DNA of 64,000 nucleotides from an uncultured Phycisphaerales bacterium (GCA_963844715.1 CAWJPJ010000007.1:640001-704000), one strand, 5' to 3'. Counted from the first letter of the stretch, positions 20,516 to 32,286 are shown. Notes: generated from the letters alone by a model not told the origin. Translations and numbers: made by a program.

Positions 20516-21586
20516 ATGGGAACCCCTTTCGTTCGCCCAACCGTGCGCGATATGGACGGCTACACCCCCGGCGAGCAGCCGGGGGCGGGGCAACGCGTCG
20601 TTAAGCTTAATACCAACGAAAATCCGTTCCCACCCAGCGATCGGGTCATGCAAACCCTTTCGCAGATCAGCGCCGAAAGCCTGCGGCGGTATCCCAATCC
20701 CACGGCCGACGCGTTTCGCGACGCGGCCGCCAAATTGCACGGTGTCACGCGCGATCACATCCTCGCCGGCAACGGCAGCGACGACATTCTCACCATCGCC
20801 ACGCGGTGCTTCGTCCCGCCTGGCGGAACGCTTGCGTATCCCGATCCGACGTATTCGCTGTATCCGGTTCTGGCCAAATTGCAGGAAGCCCGCTCGCTGG
20901 TCGTCCCCTGGGAGAAAGATTGGCAGTTGCCCATTGACTCACTGGCCGCCAGCCGCGCCGCGGCGATTTACCTGGCCAATCCCAATGCCCCCAGCGGCAC
21001 GTTTGTCTCGCCTTTAAAAGTTGCCGAGCTGGCCAAGAGTTTCTCGGGGCTGCTGCTCGTCGACGAAGCCTACGTCGATTTCGCCGATGACAATTGCCTG
21101 GCGCTCGTCGATCAATTTTCCAACGTCGTCATCACTCGAACATTAAGCAAGGCGTACTCCCTAGCGGGTCTGAGATTTGGCTACGCCATCGCCCAGCCGG
21201 CGGTGATTGCCGAGATGATGAAGGTGAAGGACAGCTACAACTGCGACGCCATCTCCATCCTCGCGGCCACCGCCGCTCTGGAAGACCAGGCTTACGCCCG
21301 CTGGACCTGGGAGAACATCAAGTCCGAGCGCGCCCGCGTCAGCAGCGAACTTTCCCAATTGGGGTGGACCGTCCTTCCCAGCCAGGCGAATTTCATTCTC
21401 GCCGCCGTTCCCAGCGGGCGGGGGAAGGAAATTTACCAGGGGCTCAAGCAGCAGGGGATATTGGTTCGATACTTCGATTTGCCGGGCTTGCAGGACAAGA
21501 TTCGCATCACCATCGGGCAAAGTCACGAAAACAACGCCCTGCTGGCGGGAATCAAGGTCCTCTCGGCCGCGGGCAAGGCCGCTTAA
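20516..21586 (+). CDS. hisC: Histidinol-phosphate aminotransferase
   Basis: [40 protein letters not shown]. Confidence 0.93.
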   Translation: MGTPFVRPTVRDMDGYTPGEQPGAGQRVVKLNTNENPFPPSDRVMQTLSQISAESLRRYPNPTADAFRDAAAKLHGVTRDHILAGNGSDDILTIATRCFVPPGGTLAYPDPTYSLYPVLAKLQEARSLVVPWEKDWQLPIDSLAASRAAAIYLANPNAPSGTFVSPLKVAELAKSFSGLLLVDEAYVDFADDNCLALVDQFSNVVITRTLSKAYSLAGLRFGYAIAQPAVIAEMMKVKDSYNCDAISILAATAALEDQAYARWTWENIKSERARVSSELSQLGWTVLPSQANFILAAVPSGRGKEIYQGLKQQGILVRYFDLPGLQDKIRITIGQSHENNALLAGIKVLSAAGKAA

Positions 21587-21591
21587 TCATC

Positions 21592-22180
21592 ATGGATCGC
21601 GTCGCGGAAATTTTCAGGCAGACCAAGGAGACCAAGGTCAAGGTCTCCATCAATCTCGACGGCACGGGCAAAACCGAAATTGAAACCGGCGTCGGTTTCT
21701 TCGATCACATGCTCGAACTCTTTGGGCGGCACAGCCTCATTGACCTCGTCGCCCACGCCGAGGGCGATCTCCAGGTCGATTCGCACCACACCGTCGAAGA
21801 CGTCGGCATCGTCCTGGGCCAATGCCTCGAAAAAGCACTCGGCGATAAACGCGGCATCGCGCGATTCGGATGGGCCACCGTCCCCATGGACGAAACCCTC
21901 GCCAGCGCGGCGATCGATCTCTCTGGCCGGACCGCTTTCGTCTATCACGCCAAATATGGCGCAGGGGACGATCGGCCAATTCCCGGTCGAACTGGTCGAG
22001 GAATTCTTCAAAGCGCTGGCCGCCAGCGCGAAGCTGAATCTCCACATCAATGTTCCGTATGGAGCGAACAATCACCACATCGCCGAAGGAATTTTCAAGT
22101 CCACCGCCAAAGCCCTCCGGCAAGCCGTCGCCCCCGACCCGCGGCAAACCGACATTCCCAGCACCAAGGGAACTCTATAA
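21592..22180 (+). CDS. hisB: Imidazoleglycerol-phosphate dehydratase; frameshift near 21960
   Basis: [39 protein letters not shown]. Confidence 0.93.
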
Positions 22181-22182
22181 AC

Positions 22183-22251
22183 AAAAAAATCGCCGCACAA
22201 ACGCAACCGCTAATAATCATCCCCAATTAGCGGCCGCACGTGTGCGGCGAT
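22183..22251 (-). terminator. Hairpin with A7 run; terminator for a minus-strand transcript, possibly bidirectional
   Basis: ATCGCCGCACA (22189-22199) pairs with TGTGCGGCGAT (22241-22251); inner CCGCTAAT/ATTAGCGG. Confidence 0.6.
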
Positions 22252-22259
22252 GATCTGAG

Positions 22260-22457
22260 TTATTGCAGCAGCGAATCCCACCGCTCGGGATCCTGCGTGC
22301 AAACCTCCGCCATGGAGGCGATCCGCAATCCGCATGCGGCGACACGAACCCTGCGTGGCTGGGCCGCCCGCAACGGCCAAGCCGACAAAATAAACTGAAC
22401 CTCCTCCTCACGCCGCGCGTGATCTGTCGGGAACTGGATCTGTTCTTTTCGCCGCAT
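22260..22457 (-). CDS. Possible small protein (65 aa)
   Basis: ATG with upstream GAAGAG; stop immediately before a terminator-like hairpin. Confidence 0.35.
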   Translation of the reverse strand: MRRKEQIQFPTDHARREEEVQFILSAWPLRAAQPRRVRVAACGLRIASMAEVCTQDPERWDSLLQ

Positions 22458-22604
22458 ATTTATCTCTTCGGGATTTCAATTCGGATAATCGTGGGGGGCA
22501 AACAACAGAATCGCGATGGATTTGGGCGCGATAATGCTTGGCGGATGAGAATCCGGGAAAGATGAATCGCCGTCCGGGCCTTGTGAAGCGGGGAAACCCC
22601 GCCC

Positions 22605-25097
22605 CTACAACGCCGCCGTCGTTTCCAGCGGCGTTTTATCGGTCGCGGCATCCTGACTGCTGATCCGCATTCCGTAAAACGACCGGTAGACGAACGCCAG
22701 CGCCACCACGAAGAACACCGCCGACAGGAACAACCGAGTCGTGCTCGACAAGCTCGTCGCCATCTCCACGGCCAGAAGTCCGAACAGCGTCGTAAACTTG
22801 ATGATCGGATTCAGTGCTACGGACGAGGTATCCTTGAACGGATCGCCGACGGTGTCCCCGACGACCGTCGCGGCATGAAGCTCCGTCCCCTTCTGCCGAA
22901 GTTCCACTTCCACGATCTTCTTCGCGTTGTCCCATGCCCCGCCGGCGTTGGCCATGAAGATCGCCTGGAATAAACCAAACGTTGCCATCGAAATCAAATA
23001 TCCGATAAAGAAGTACGGCTCCAGGCACGCATAAGCCAGCGTGCTGAAGAACACGGTCAAAAAGATATTGATCATCCCCGCCTGGGCGTAGCGCGTGCAG
23101 ATTTCCACGACTTTCTTACTGTCCTCCATGCTCGCCTTGACTGCTCCCTCCAGCTTCATGTTGCGCTTGATGAACGCGACGGCCCGGAACGCGCCGGTCA
23201 CCACCGCCTGCATGCTCGCCCCGGTGAACCAGTAAATCTCCGCGCCTCCCATAATCAGCCCGATCAAAAACGGCGCGTACAGGATGGAGAGCTTGCTGAT
23301 CGCGCCCGCATCTGTCAGCCCATGGGTCAAAAGCATGATGATCGAAAAGATCAGGGTCGTCGCCCCGACCACGGCCGTACCGATCAGCACGGGCTTGGCC
23401 GTCGCCTTGAATGTGTTTCCTGCCCCGTCATTCTGCTCCAGCAAAAGCTTGGCGTGCTCAAAATCCACATCCACGCCGAGGTCCTGCCTCAATTGCCCCG
23501 CGATCCCCGGGATGTTCTCGATGAGACTCAACTCGTAAACGCTCTGCGCGTTATCCGTAACCGGCCCATAGCTATCCACGGCGATCGTTACCGGCCCCAT
23601 CCCCAGGAATCCAAACGCCACCAATCCAAACGCAAACACCGCCACGGCGCTTGCCGCCCCGGGGTTCAGCAGTGATGCGACGCCATGGGCGCCTCCCCAT
23701 TTGGTGACGGCATAAGCAATCGCCATCAGGCCGCCAATCACAATTCCACCCATCCAAAACGCGGAAAAATTCCCCGCTGTCAGTCCGCTGAGCACGTTCA
23801 ACGAAGCCCCGCCCTCGCGGCTGGCGTTCACGATCTCCCGCACATGCCGGCTGTTCGTGCTCGTGAAAACTTTGGTGAATTCCGGGATCAGCGCCCCAGC
23901 GGCCGTGCCGCATGTGATAATCGTCGACAGCTTCCACCAAATCCCCCCATCTCCCAAATCCCGGATCAAAATCCAGGAGAACAAATACGTGCTGGCGATC
24001 GAAAGCAAGCTCGTGATGTAAACCAGATTGGTGAGCGGCCTTTCAAAATCCATCTCCCGCGCTTCGCTATAAAGCGCCTTTGCGATGACTGCATTCACGA
24101 GATAAGCCGCGCCGCTGGTCAGCACCATGACCAGGCGCATGGCAAAGATCCAGACCAGCAGTTCGCTCTGAATCGCCGCCGGGCACGCCAGCAGGATGTA
24201 GGTAATCAGCGCGACGCCAGTCACGCCATACGTTTCAAACCCATCCGCCGTCGGTCCGACGCTGTCTCCGGCGTTATCTCCCGTGCAATCAGCGATCACG
24301 CCCGGATTCCGCGCATCGTCTTCCTTGACGTTGAAGACGATCTTCATCAAATCCGCCCCGATGTCCGCGATTTTGGTGAAAATCCCGCCCGCCACGCGGA
24401 GCGCCGCCGCTCCCAGCGACTCGCCCACGGCAAACCCGATGAAGCACGGCCCGGCGTAGCTCGCCGGCACGAATAGCAGGATGAAGAGCATGATGATCAG
24501 TTCCAAACTGATCAGAACCATCCCCACACTCATCCCCGCCTGAAGCGGAATCGCGTAAATCTGAAACGGCTTGCCCGAAAGTGACGCATAAGCCGTCCGG
24601 CTGTTGGCGAACGTGTTGATCCGCATCCCGAACCACGCCACCGATGTGCTCCCGGCAATTCCGATCAGGCTGAAGAGCAATATCACGATGACCTTCAGCG
24701 CTTCCAGGTGTGAAAGGAGGCCGAAGTACACGATCAGGATCGCCCCGATGAAAAGCTCGAGGAACAGGATGAATTTCAACTGCGTGAGCAAATAGGTTTT
24801 GCACGTGGCATAAATCATCTCGGAGACCTCGCGCATCGACGGATGCACGGGGAGGCCCTGCAGTTTCTTATAGATGTAAAGCCCGAAAATCAGTCCGAGG
24901 GCGCAAATTCCCATCCCGTCCAGCAGCAGGGTTCTTCCGCCCAGGGAGCCGTTGAAGAATTTGGCGCTGTTCAAGTCCGGTATGCGCAGCCCGATTTCGC
25001 TCGCCGCCGCCGGGCGCGCCGAAAACATCAGAAACAATAAGAACGCCGCGACCAGCGCCACTGCCGGCCGTCGTTGCCACTTCGACGGGAGTATCAT
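22605..25097 (-). CDS. hppA: Membrane-bound H+-translocating pyrophosphatase, K+-independent signature
   Basis: GGIFTKIADIGADL, EDDARNPGVIAD, GDNAGD, DSYGPVTDNA, GNTFKATAK, GGAWDNAKK, GDTVGDPFKDT. Confidence 0.93.
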   Translation of the reverse strand: MILPSKWQRRPAVALVAAFLLFLMFSARPAAASEIGLRIPDLNSAKFFNGSLGGRTLLLDGMGICALGLIFGLYIYKKLQGLPVHPSMREVSEMIYATCKTYLLTQLKFILFLELFIGAILIVYFGLLSHLEALKVIVILLFSLIGIAGSTSVAWFGMRINTFANSRTAYASLSGKPFQIYAIPLQAGMSVGMVLISLELIIMLFILLFVPASYAGPCFIGFAVGESLGAAALRVAGGIFTKIADIGADLMKIVFNVKEDDARNPGVIADCTGDNAGDSVGPTADGFETYGVTGVALITYILLACPAAIQSELLVWIFAMRLVMVLTSGAAYLVNAVIAKALYSEAREMDFERPLTNLVYITSLLSIASTYLFSWILIRDLGDGGIWWKLSTIITCGTAAGALIPEFTKVFTSTNSRHVREIVNASREGGASLNVLSGLTAGNFSAFWMGGIVIGGLMAIAYAVTKWGGAHGVASLLNPGAASAVAVFAFGLVAFGFLGMGPVTIAVDSYGPVTDNAQSVYELSLIENIPGIAGQLRQDLGVDVDFEHAKLLLEQNDGAGNTFKATAKPVLIGTAVVGATTLIFSIIMLLTHGLTDAGAISKLSILYAPFLIGLIMGGAEIYWFTGASMQAVVTGAFRAVAFIKRNMKLEGAVKASMEDSKKVVEICTRYAQAGMINIFLTVFFSTLAYACLEPYFFIGYLISMATFGLFQAIFMANAGGAWDNAKKIVEVELRQKGTELHAATVVGDTVGDPFKDTSSVALNPIIKFTTLFGLLAVEMATSLSSTTRLFLSAVFFVVALAFVYRSFYGMRISSQDAATDKTPLETTAAL

Positions 25098-25157
25098 GGA
25101 GACCTCGCTCGGTTAGGATTTCCGCCTCGTTTATTCCGCCACAACTGCGCGACGATT

Positions 25158-26527
25158 CTAACTGCCGATCGTCGAATCGATAACCCCTCGTACCGCCGCG
25201 ATCGTTTTGTCCGCCTCGGCTCGATCCGGCGCCTCCGCGATCACCCGCATGATCGGCTCCGTATTGCTCGGCCGGGCGTGCACCCACGCGTTCGGCCAAT
25301 CAATCCGAATTCCGTCCTGCGTATCCACCCGTTCCTCCGCAAAATGCTTCTTCAACGCCTCTACCCGCGCTGGGCAACCTCGCGTCGGCAAGGGAATTTT
25401 GTCTTGACGATTTCATACCGGGGAATCTGATTCACGATTTGGCTGATTGTCAGCCCGCTGGAAGCCATGAGCTGAAGGACATAGGCCATCCCCACCAGGC
25501 TGTCCCGCCCATTGACGATCCGCGGATCGATCACGCCGCCGTTTCCCTCGCCCCCAATCACCGCGTCGTTGGCCAATATCGCCTGCACGACATTCGCCTC
25601 GCCGACCGGCGTGCGAATCACCTTCCCGCCATATTCAGCCGCCACATCGTCCAGCATCCGGCTCGACGACAAATTCGTCACCGCCGCCCCCGGCCGCCTG
25701 CTCAATATCCACTTGGCGCAAAGCACCAGTGAATACTCTTCACCAATGTATCTCCCATTCTCATCGACGATCGCCAGCCGATCCCCATCCGGATCCTGCG
25801 CGAATCCCACCGCCGCATGCTGCCGACGGACCTCATCCGCAAGTCCAACCAGATTCTTTTCCGTCGGCTCCGGCTCGTGTGCAAATTGCCCGTCCGGCAC
25901 GCCATGCAGATGCACGACCTGGCACCCCAATTTGCTCAGCAACGTCGCCGTCGCCACGCACCCCGCCCCGTTCACGCTATCGAGCACCACTTTGTATCGC
26001 CGCGAGGAAATTCCAAGCACATCCACGTGATCCAGGACTCGCTTGATGTGAAGCGCGTGCGTTTCCGTATTTTTTCGCGCCGGGATCAGATTTTCCACCC
26101 GTACCCAATCCGCCTGCTCGGCGTGGTACAGCCGCGCGATCGCCTCGGCGTCCGCCGGCGGGGGGGCGATCCCCTGCTCATTCAAAAATTTCAGCCCATT
26201 CCACTCGATCGGATTGTGCGAAGCGGTCGCCACGACCGCCGCGTCCGCCCCAAGGTGCTTCACCATCATCGCCGCGCCCGGTGTCGTGACGATCTCGACG
26301 TCTATCACTTCAATTCCGCTTGCCACCAGCGCCCCCACCGCCGCGTCCCTCACCCAGGGCCCGCTCGGGCGGCTGTCCCGCGCGAAGATCACCTTCAATC
26401 TCTTGCCCGGCCATTTCCGCTTCAGATATGCCGCAAACGCCCCCGACATCCGCGATACAACGGCCGGTGTAAGCAACCCGCCAATGGTCCCCCGCATCCC
26501 TGATATTCCGATCATCAACGCTTCCAT
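25158..26527 (-). CDS. glmM: Phosphoglucosamine mutase / phosphohexomutase; frameshift near 25385
   Basis: [27 protein letters not shown]; exact substrate not determinable. Confidence 0.75.
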
Positions 26528-26585
26528 ACGCCGCCGCATTATTGATTTGCCGCCACTCTAGGCAAGGGATATGCTCCTCTATATT

Positions 26586-26638
26586 AAGCCAACGGATAGC
26601 GTGCCCTGAGTTCGTCGAAGGGGCCATCCGTTGGCTTT
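26586..26638. repeat. REP-like palindrome, filled form (second REP unit inside the loop)
   Basis: AAGCCAACGGAT-AGCGTGCCCTGAGTTCGTCGAAGGGGCC-ATCCGTTGGCTT. Confidence 0.8.
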
Positions 26639-26652
26639 TTGCCGCACTTTGT

Positions 26653-27616
26653 ATGGATCGCGAAGAACTCAACAAACATCTGCCGCAGGTGGTGAACGCC
26701 CTGGTCGAGAGCATCCAGGCCGAGCCCAGAATGCGCCATCTCAACCGCGTTCATCTCCCCAGCCGCGACGCGATCGTTCAGGCCATCGGGCTACTGCGGC
26801 AAATTATTTATCCCGGCTATTTCGGCGCGAGCAAATTAACCGGCGAAAACATGAAGGCGCGAATGGGAGGCCTGGTCGTTGAATTGGCGGATATTCTCTA
26901 CGACCAGGTCCGCTGCTGCCTGCGTTACAAGGAGCAAATTCCCAATTCGAAAGACAGCGGCGACGAATGCGCGCGATGCGACCAGGAAGCGGCGCGCATC
27001 GTGACGGAATTTTTCGATCGCCTGCCGGCGGTTCGCGAACTTCTCGGCGCCGACGTCCAGGCGGCATTTGACGGCGATCCCGCGGCGCAAAGCACGGATG
27101 AAACGGTTTTCAGCTACCCCGGCCTCTTTGCGATCAGCGTTCAGCGCATCGCCCACGAGTTCTACAAACTCGGCGTTCCGCTGCTTCCGCGCATTATGAC
27201 CGAATACGCGCACAGCCTGACCGGCATCGATATCAACCCTGGCGCAAAGCTCGGCCGAAGTTTGTTCATCGATCACGGAACCGGCGTCGTCATCGGCGAA
27301 ACCACGGAAATCGGCGATAACGTCAAGATTTACCAAGGCGTCACGCTTGGCGCTCTGGCCCCCGCATTTGGCCAGCTTCTCCGCGGTCACAAGCGACATC
27401 CCACCATTGGGAATAACGTCACCATCTACGCCGGGGCCACGATTCTGGGCGGGGAAACCGTCATTGGTGAAGGGTGCACCATCGGCGGAAACGTCTTCAT
27501 CACCTCCAGCGTCCCGCCCCACAATCAGGTGAGCGCCGAGCCGCCCAAGCTCAAATACCGCGACCGGGGGGCGCAGCGAGAAGGGCGGGGAGATCGTTCT
27601 CGACTTCCAGATCTGA
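26653..27616 (+). CDS. cysE: Serine O-acetyltransferase (long EpsC-type); frameshift in G-run near 27570
   Basis: [44 protein letters not shown]; ends VLDFQI in the shifted frame. Confidence 0.85.
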
Positions 27617-27838
27617 GCGTTGGTACAACGTCCCAGAATGTCCCGAAGTGTCCCAGATTGGCGTTTCCCGGCATTTCCAAAGCGACGATGTGCGACCCCG
27701 GCAACGCTCCATGTGGTTCCCAGGCAACAAACCCTTTGGACGGCCCGGGCATGGTTTGGCTGATCCACCCGGAAACCCTCAAATCCACGCTATCCCGGGG
27801 CTTGGGAATCGTGGCACCGGGTTTGTTCTAACCAGGTC

Positions 27839-28168
27839 ATGCGGTACTTCAGCATCATTCTCCTGACGTTGTCGTGTGTCGGATGTGCGGCCCACCAGCC
27901 GGCTGTCTCGTCTGATCAACAGTTGCAGCAGCGGGCTTACGCCCCCAGCAGCGCCGCGGCTCTGGCGTTTGACCCGCCAGTGCTCGCCGGAACGCCCAGG
28001 ATGGATTTGTCCCGCGATGGCCGGGATACGGCTGCCTTTGCCGGATATCAGGACAGCAACACGGTGATCTCCGACCTGCACCTGGATGACCTCCAGACCG
28101 GCGATCCTTCGAGCGACCGCTATCAACGGGAAGCCACGAGCGACACCATCACCACAAATTACCGCTAA
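27839..28168 (+). CDS. Putative lipoprotein
   Basis: Signal peptide with lipobox-like CVGC. Confidence 0.6.
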   Translation: MRYFSIILLTLSCVGCAAHQPAVSSDQQLQQRAYAPSSAAALAFDPPVLAGTPRMDLSRDGRDTAAFAGYQDSNTVISDLHLDDLQTGDPSSDRYQREATSDTITTNYR

Positions 28169-28315
28169 ATTCCCCGGAGCGTCCGATAATGCAGGCCCCT
28201 CCCAGTCCTAAGGGGGGGTGTCTGCCTATTCAATTCTTCTTGCAATCTAACCAACGCCAAGCGATATTATTTTAAGTCTGTTTCCCGTCGCATGTTAAAC
28301 CCATTCGAGGGAGCT

Positions 28316-28665
28316 ATGGCCACTATCACGAAGAAGGAACTGATTGATCGAATCGCCGATCACGCTTCCCAACGCCGGGTTCAGGTAAAGCGGGTCGTTC
28401 AGCAGTTTCTCGACGAGATCGTGAACGAGTTGGGCAAAGGCAACCGGTTGGAATTTCGAGACTTCGGTGTTTTTGAGACGAAGCTCCGCAAGGCGGCAAA
28501 GCTCAAAATCCCAAAACCTTGGAACCCGTCGAGGTGCCGGAAAAGCGAACGGTGAAGTTTAAGGTCGGCCGGCTGATGAAACAGAAGCTGGCGGCGCTCA
28601 GCGGCGGTCATTTCGACGACGAAGTCGCCGATATGGCCGAAACGGACGAAGACGCCGACGAGTAA
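28316..28665 (+). CDS. HU/IHF-family DNA-binding protein with acidic tail; frameshift near 28495
   Basis: TKKELIDRIA, LEFRDFGVFE, AQNPKT, VKFKVGRLMK; SD GGAG. Confidence 0.9.
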
Positions 28666-28709
28666 GTCGAGTCTCCCGCCGTAGAAAGAGCGTTTCGCCT
28701 CGCCGTCGC

Positions 28710-29900
28710 ATGCCGCATCCCTTCCACGTACGTCTTGCGCAGGAATTGTCTCGCCGTGCCGAGGCGGGCCTGCTTCGATCCCGACGAATCGTCAAACCTC
28801 TCGACGCCGTGCACGTTGAAATCGACGGCGACCGATACGTTAATTTCTGCTCGAACAATTATCTCGGGCTCACCCACCATCCCGCGGTTATCGAAGCGAT
28901 GCGCCGCGCGGCTTACGACTTCGGCGCCGGCGCGGGCGCCGCGGGACTCATCAGCGGCTACATGCCCGCGCACGAGTCGGCGGAGAGCGCGATCGCGGCG
29001 TGGAAAAATGTAGAAGCCGCGATTCTCTTCCCCAGCGGATATCAGGCCAATCATGCGGCCATTCAAACTCTCGCCGCTCTGGGAAACGCCGGCGCGGGCG
29101 GCATCCGATTTCTCGTCGACAAACTCGCTCATGCGTCCCTGATCGACGCGGTGCAAGGCTCCGGCTGTCCGTGGCGGGTGGTCCCCCACGGCGGACTGGC
29201 CAAACTCCGTCGCCTGCTCGGCGAAGCGCCGGCGGACCAGCTTCAGGTTGTCGTGAGCGAATCGATATTCAGCATGGACGGCGACGCCGCCGATCTGCGC
29301 CGGCTCGTTCAATTCAAGCAGGATTTCCCATTTATCTTGCTGCTCGACGAAGCGCACGCCAGCGGGGTCTACGGCGCCGATGGCGCGGGTCTGGCCGCGG
29401 AATTGGGCGTACAATCGGACGTGGATCTCTCCATCGTCACTTTCTCAAAATCCGCCGGATCGGCCGGCGGGGCGATCTGTTCGTCCAAACAAATTCGTGA
29501 CGCCATTCTGAATTTCGGCCGCGCTTATATCTATTCGACAAGCGTTCCGCCCGGCGTCGCCGCGGCGATCCAAGCGTCGGTCTCCATCATGCGCGCCGAG
29601 CCGCAGCGGCAGCAGCGCGTGCGCGATCTGGCAAAAAAAGTGCGGTCGGGATTGCTTGGCGCGGGTTGGAAGCTTCCGCCGGGCGATTCGCCGATTATTC
29701 CGCTGATCGTCAACGAGGAGTCCCGCGCGCTGGCGATGTCGGCGCGGCTGGCGGAAAAGAAATTGCTTGTGCAAGCGGTGCGTCCCCCGACCGTTCCGCG
29801 CGGAACCAGCCGGCTGCGCGTCACGCTCTCTTGCGAACATTCGGATTCTGAAGTGGATGGATTGCTTGAGGAATTGGCGAATCAAGCGGGCGGGATCTGA
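28710..29900 (+). CDS. bioF: 8-amino-7-oxononanoate synthase
   Basis: FCSNNYLGL, SGYQAN, HASLID, FSMDGD, DEAH, TFSKS, VRPPTVP. Confidence 0.9.
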   Translation: MPHPFHVRLAQELSRRAEAGLLRSRRIVKPLDAVHVEIDGDRYVNFCSNNYLGLTHHPAVIEAMRRAAYDFGAGAGAAGLISGYMPAHESAESAIAAWKNVEAAILFPSGYQANHAAIQTLAALGNAGAGGIRFLVDKLAHASLIDAVQGSGCPWRVVPHGGLAKLRRLLGEAPADQLQVVVSESIFSMDGDAADLRRLVQFKQDFPFILLLDEAHASGVYGADGAGLAAELGVQSDVDLSIVTFSKSAGSAGGAICSSKQIRDAILNFGRAYIYSTSVPPGVAAAIQASVSIMRAEPQRQQRVRDLAKKVRSGLLGAGWKLPPGDSPIIPLIVNEESRALAMSARLAEKKLLVQAVRPPTVPRGTSRLRVTLSCEHSDSEVDGLLEELANQAGGI

Positions 29901-30163
29901 TCTCTTTGCGCAACATTTTGAAGCGGCGCAGCCCCCAAAGCGGCGAGGGCTTTGTCGACTCGCCGCAGTGTCTTGGCGGCGAGATCGGCGGGCGGATCGA
30001 TCGCCGGCATCTGCTGGAGCAGGTTCAAAATCTTTTCCGCCGATCGCATCTTTTTCGCCGAAACGGGCGCCGATGCCGGTGGGTGTTCGCTCGAATTGGA
30101 ATGAGGACGATCCAAGAGTAAATCCACTGCTCGGCGATCTTCATCGCGCAATTGCACGGCCAT
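29882..30163 (-). CDS. Small protein, possible soluble anti-sigma factor
   Basis: Downstream of an ECF sigma; LLQQMPAIDPPADLAAKTLRRV resembles anti-sigma helices. Confidence 0.45.
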   Translation of the reverse strand: MAVQLRDEDRRAVDLLLDRPHSNSSEHPPASAPVSAKKMRSAEKILNLLQQMPAIDPPADLAAKTLRRVDKALAALGAAPLQNVAQRDQIPPA

Positions 30164-30304
30164 AAGCGGTCCGTAGTTGGAAGGCAGGCAACACTCGCGT
30201 CGCCAAACCTTTGCTATAACATTCGGACCCGGCAATACATGTGGTAATCGGCCGGTCCTTTTGCCGCCCGCAGGATGTGCTGGCGAGCGGCTGTCTCCCA
30301 TTGC

Positions 30305-30966
30305 TTACGATGAACCGTCGCCACGGTTCGATTTTTTCCATTCGTCTGCAAAATACGCCACCGCAGTATGCAAACGGGACTTCACCGTCCCCAGCGGAAT
30401 GCCGAGCATTTGCCCAATCTGTTTGTAAGGGAACTGATGAAAATAGGACAAAAGTAAAATTTCCCGCAGATTATCGGGCATTTCGCTGACGATCCGCTGA
30501 ACTTGCTGTTGCAGTTCCTTGGCCTGCATCGGCTCGTCCGGCAGGCCCTGGCGCTCTGGATCAGATCGATGAATTCCCCACTCTCGGCGTCGTCGGGATG
30601 AATCGTGGCCTGAAGCGCGTTCGACGGTCGCCGCGCCTGGGAACGGATCAAATCCCGGGCCTTATTCGCCGCGATGGTAAACAGCCAGGGTCGAAACCGC
30701 CGCTGCGGATCAAACTGGCTTGCACTCTGGTGAACCTGAAGGAACGTCTCCTGGAAGATGTCTTCGGCCGTCGAGCGGTCTCCCAGGAATCGAACCAGGA
30801 AGTGGAATAGCTCGCGCTGATACCGCTCCAGCAGCTTCTGGAAGCCGGCGCGATCGCCCCGGCGATAGGCGGCGAACAGCTCTTCATCGCTCAATTCACC
30901 GGGCGGATGGGGAACGTCCACCCGCACAGGCTGACCAGGTTGATGCTTTCTGATCGAGAGAGGCAT
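30305..30966 (-). CDS. ECF RNA polymerase sigma factor; frameshift near 30545
   Basis: AEDIFQETF, FRPWLFTIAANKARD; sigma4 YKQIGQMLGIPLGTVKSRLH. Confidence 0.85.
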
Positions 30967-31011
30967 GTATGCTGTCACCTTCCTCTACTACAAGATAATA
31001 TGCAAACGCCT

Positions 31012-32142
31012 ATGTCAGTTGCCCAACGGACAAATTTTTTTGGCCTGCTCCCGGGGGAAATGGACAAGATTCTCGCCCAATGGGGCTGGCCCGCGTATCG
31101 CGGACGCCAAGTACGCCAATGGGTTTACGAAAAACTCGTCCTCGACCCCGTGGGGATGAGCAATCTTTCCCAGCTTGATCGCCAAAAACTCGCTGAGGGG
31201 ATCGATCTGGGCATTGCCCAGCTTATCAAAAACCAGATCAGCACGGATGGCACGCAAAAAATCCTCGCCGGGTGGGAGCCGGGCATCGCCGCCGAATCGG
31301 TGATGATCCCCGAGGCGGTGCGGCGGACCGCCTGCGTCAGCTCCCAGGTGGGTTGTCCGGTGGGGTGTAAATTCTGCGCCTTGGGGGTCCTGGGGTTGAA
31401 ATCGAATCTCTCCGCCGAGCGGATCGTACAGCAAATATTTCTGCTGAACCGCCTGCTGAAAAAACGCGGCGACCGCGTCAACCATGTCGTCTTCATGGGA
31501 ATGGGCGAGCCATTGGCCAACTATTCCAATCTGCTGCGCGCCATCCGCATACTTCACGATCCGGAGTGCTTCAACCTGGGGGCAAGAAAGATTACGGTTT
31601 CCACCGTCGGCGTCCCAAGCCGCATGCGGCAGCTTGCCGAGGAAAATCTTCCGTTAAATCTGGCGATCTCCCTTCACGCCCCCGACGAGGATTTGCGAAA
31701 GGAATTGATTCCCTGGGCGGAGCACTTCTCGCTGGGCGAAATTCTGGACGCGGCCCAATATTATTTCGATCGCACCGGCCGGGAGATCACGCTGGAATAT
31801 ATTCTCCTCGCCGGCGTGAACGATTCGCCCGAGCAGGCGAAGCGCCTGGCTCGCATCGCCAAAAAGCTGCGCGCCAACGTCAATCTCATCCGCTACAACG
31901 AGGTGGAGGATCTCCCCTTCGACCGGCCCAAAAGCGAGGCGGTGGTCAATTTCCAAAACGTTCTCCGCCGCGCCGGCGTCAACGCCCACGTCCGCAAAAG
32001 CAGGGGGCGAGACATCGACGCCGCCTGCGGGCAATTGCGGCGCCGTGCCGAACCGGCGGCGCAAGCGCTTGGCCGGGTTGCGGATGACTTCATGGTAGAC
32101 CGCCGCCAGCCCAAGCGAGCCGAACTGAGAAAGCCTCTGTGA
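31012..32142 (+). CDS. rlmN: Radical SAM 23S rRNA (A2503-C2) methyltransferase
   Basis: CVSSQVGCPVGCKFC, VFMGMGEP, LAISLHAP, DIDAACGQL. Confidence 0.93.
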   Translation: MSVAQRTNFFGLLPGEMDKILAQWGWPAYRGRQVRQWVYEKLVLDPVGMSNLSQLDRQKLAEGIDLGIAQLIKNQISTDGTQKILAGWEPGIAAESVMIPEAVRRTACVSSQVGCPVGCKFCALGVLGLKSNLSAERIVQQIFLLNRLLKKRGDRVNHVVFMGMGEPLANYSNLLRAIRILHDPECFNLGARKITVSTVGVPSRMRQLAEENLPLNLAISLHAPDEDLRKELIPWAEHFSLGEILDAAQYYFDRTGREITLEYILLAGVNDSPEQAKRLARIAKKLRANVNLIRYNEVEDLPFDRPKSEAVVNFQNVLRRAGVNAHVRKSRGRDIDAACGQLRRRAEPAAQALGRVADDFMVDRRQPKRAELRKPL

Positions 32143-32286
32143 CCCGATACGGGCCGGACACGAATGTTTGCAAAGTTTTTCTGCTTCGCATCGAGAACTG
32201 ACGGGAATCGTGAACGATAAATAATATTGGTGTCGTCAATTCCAATAGCAATGCTCGGACAAAAGCGGTGAGATTTGAATCGCCAC

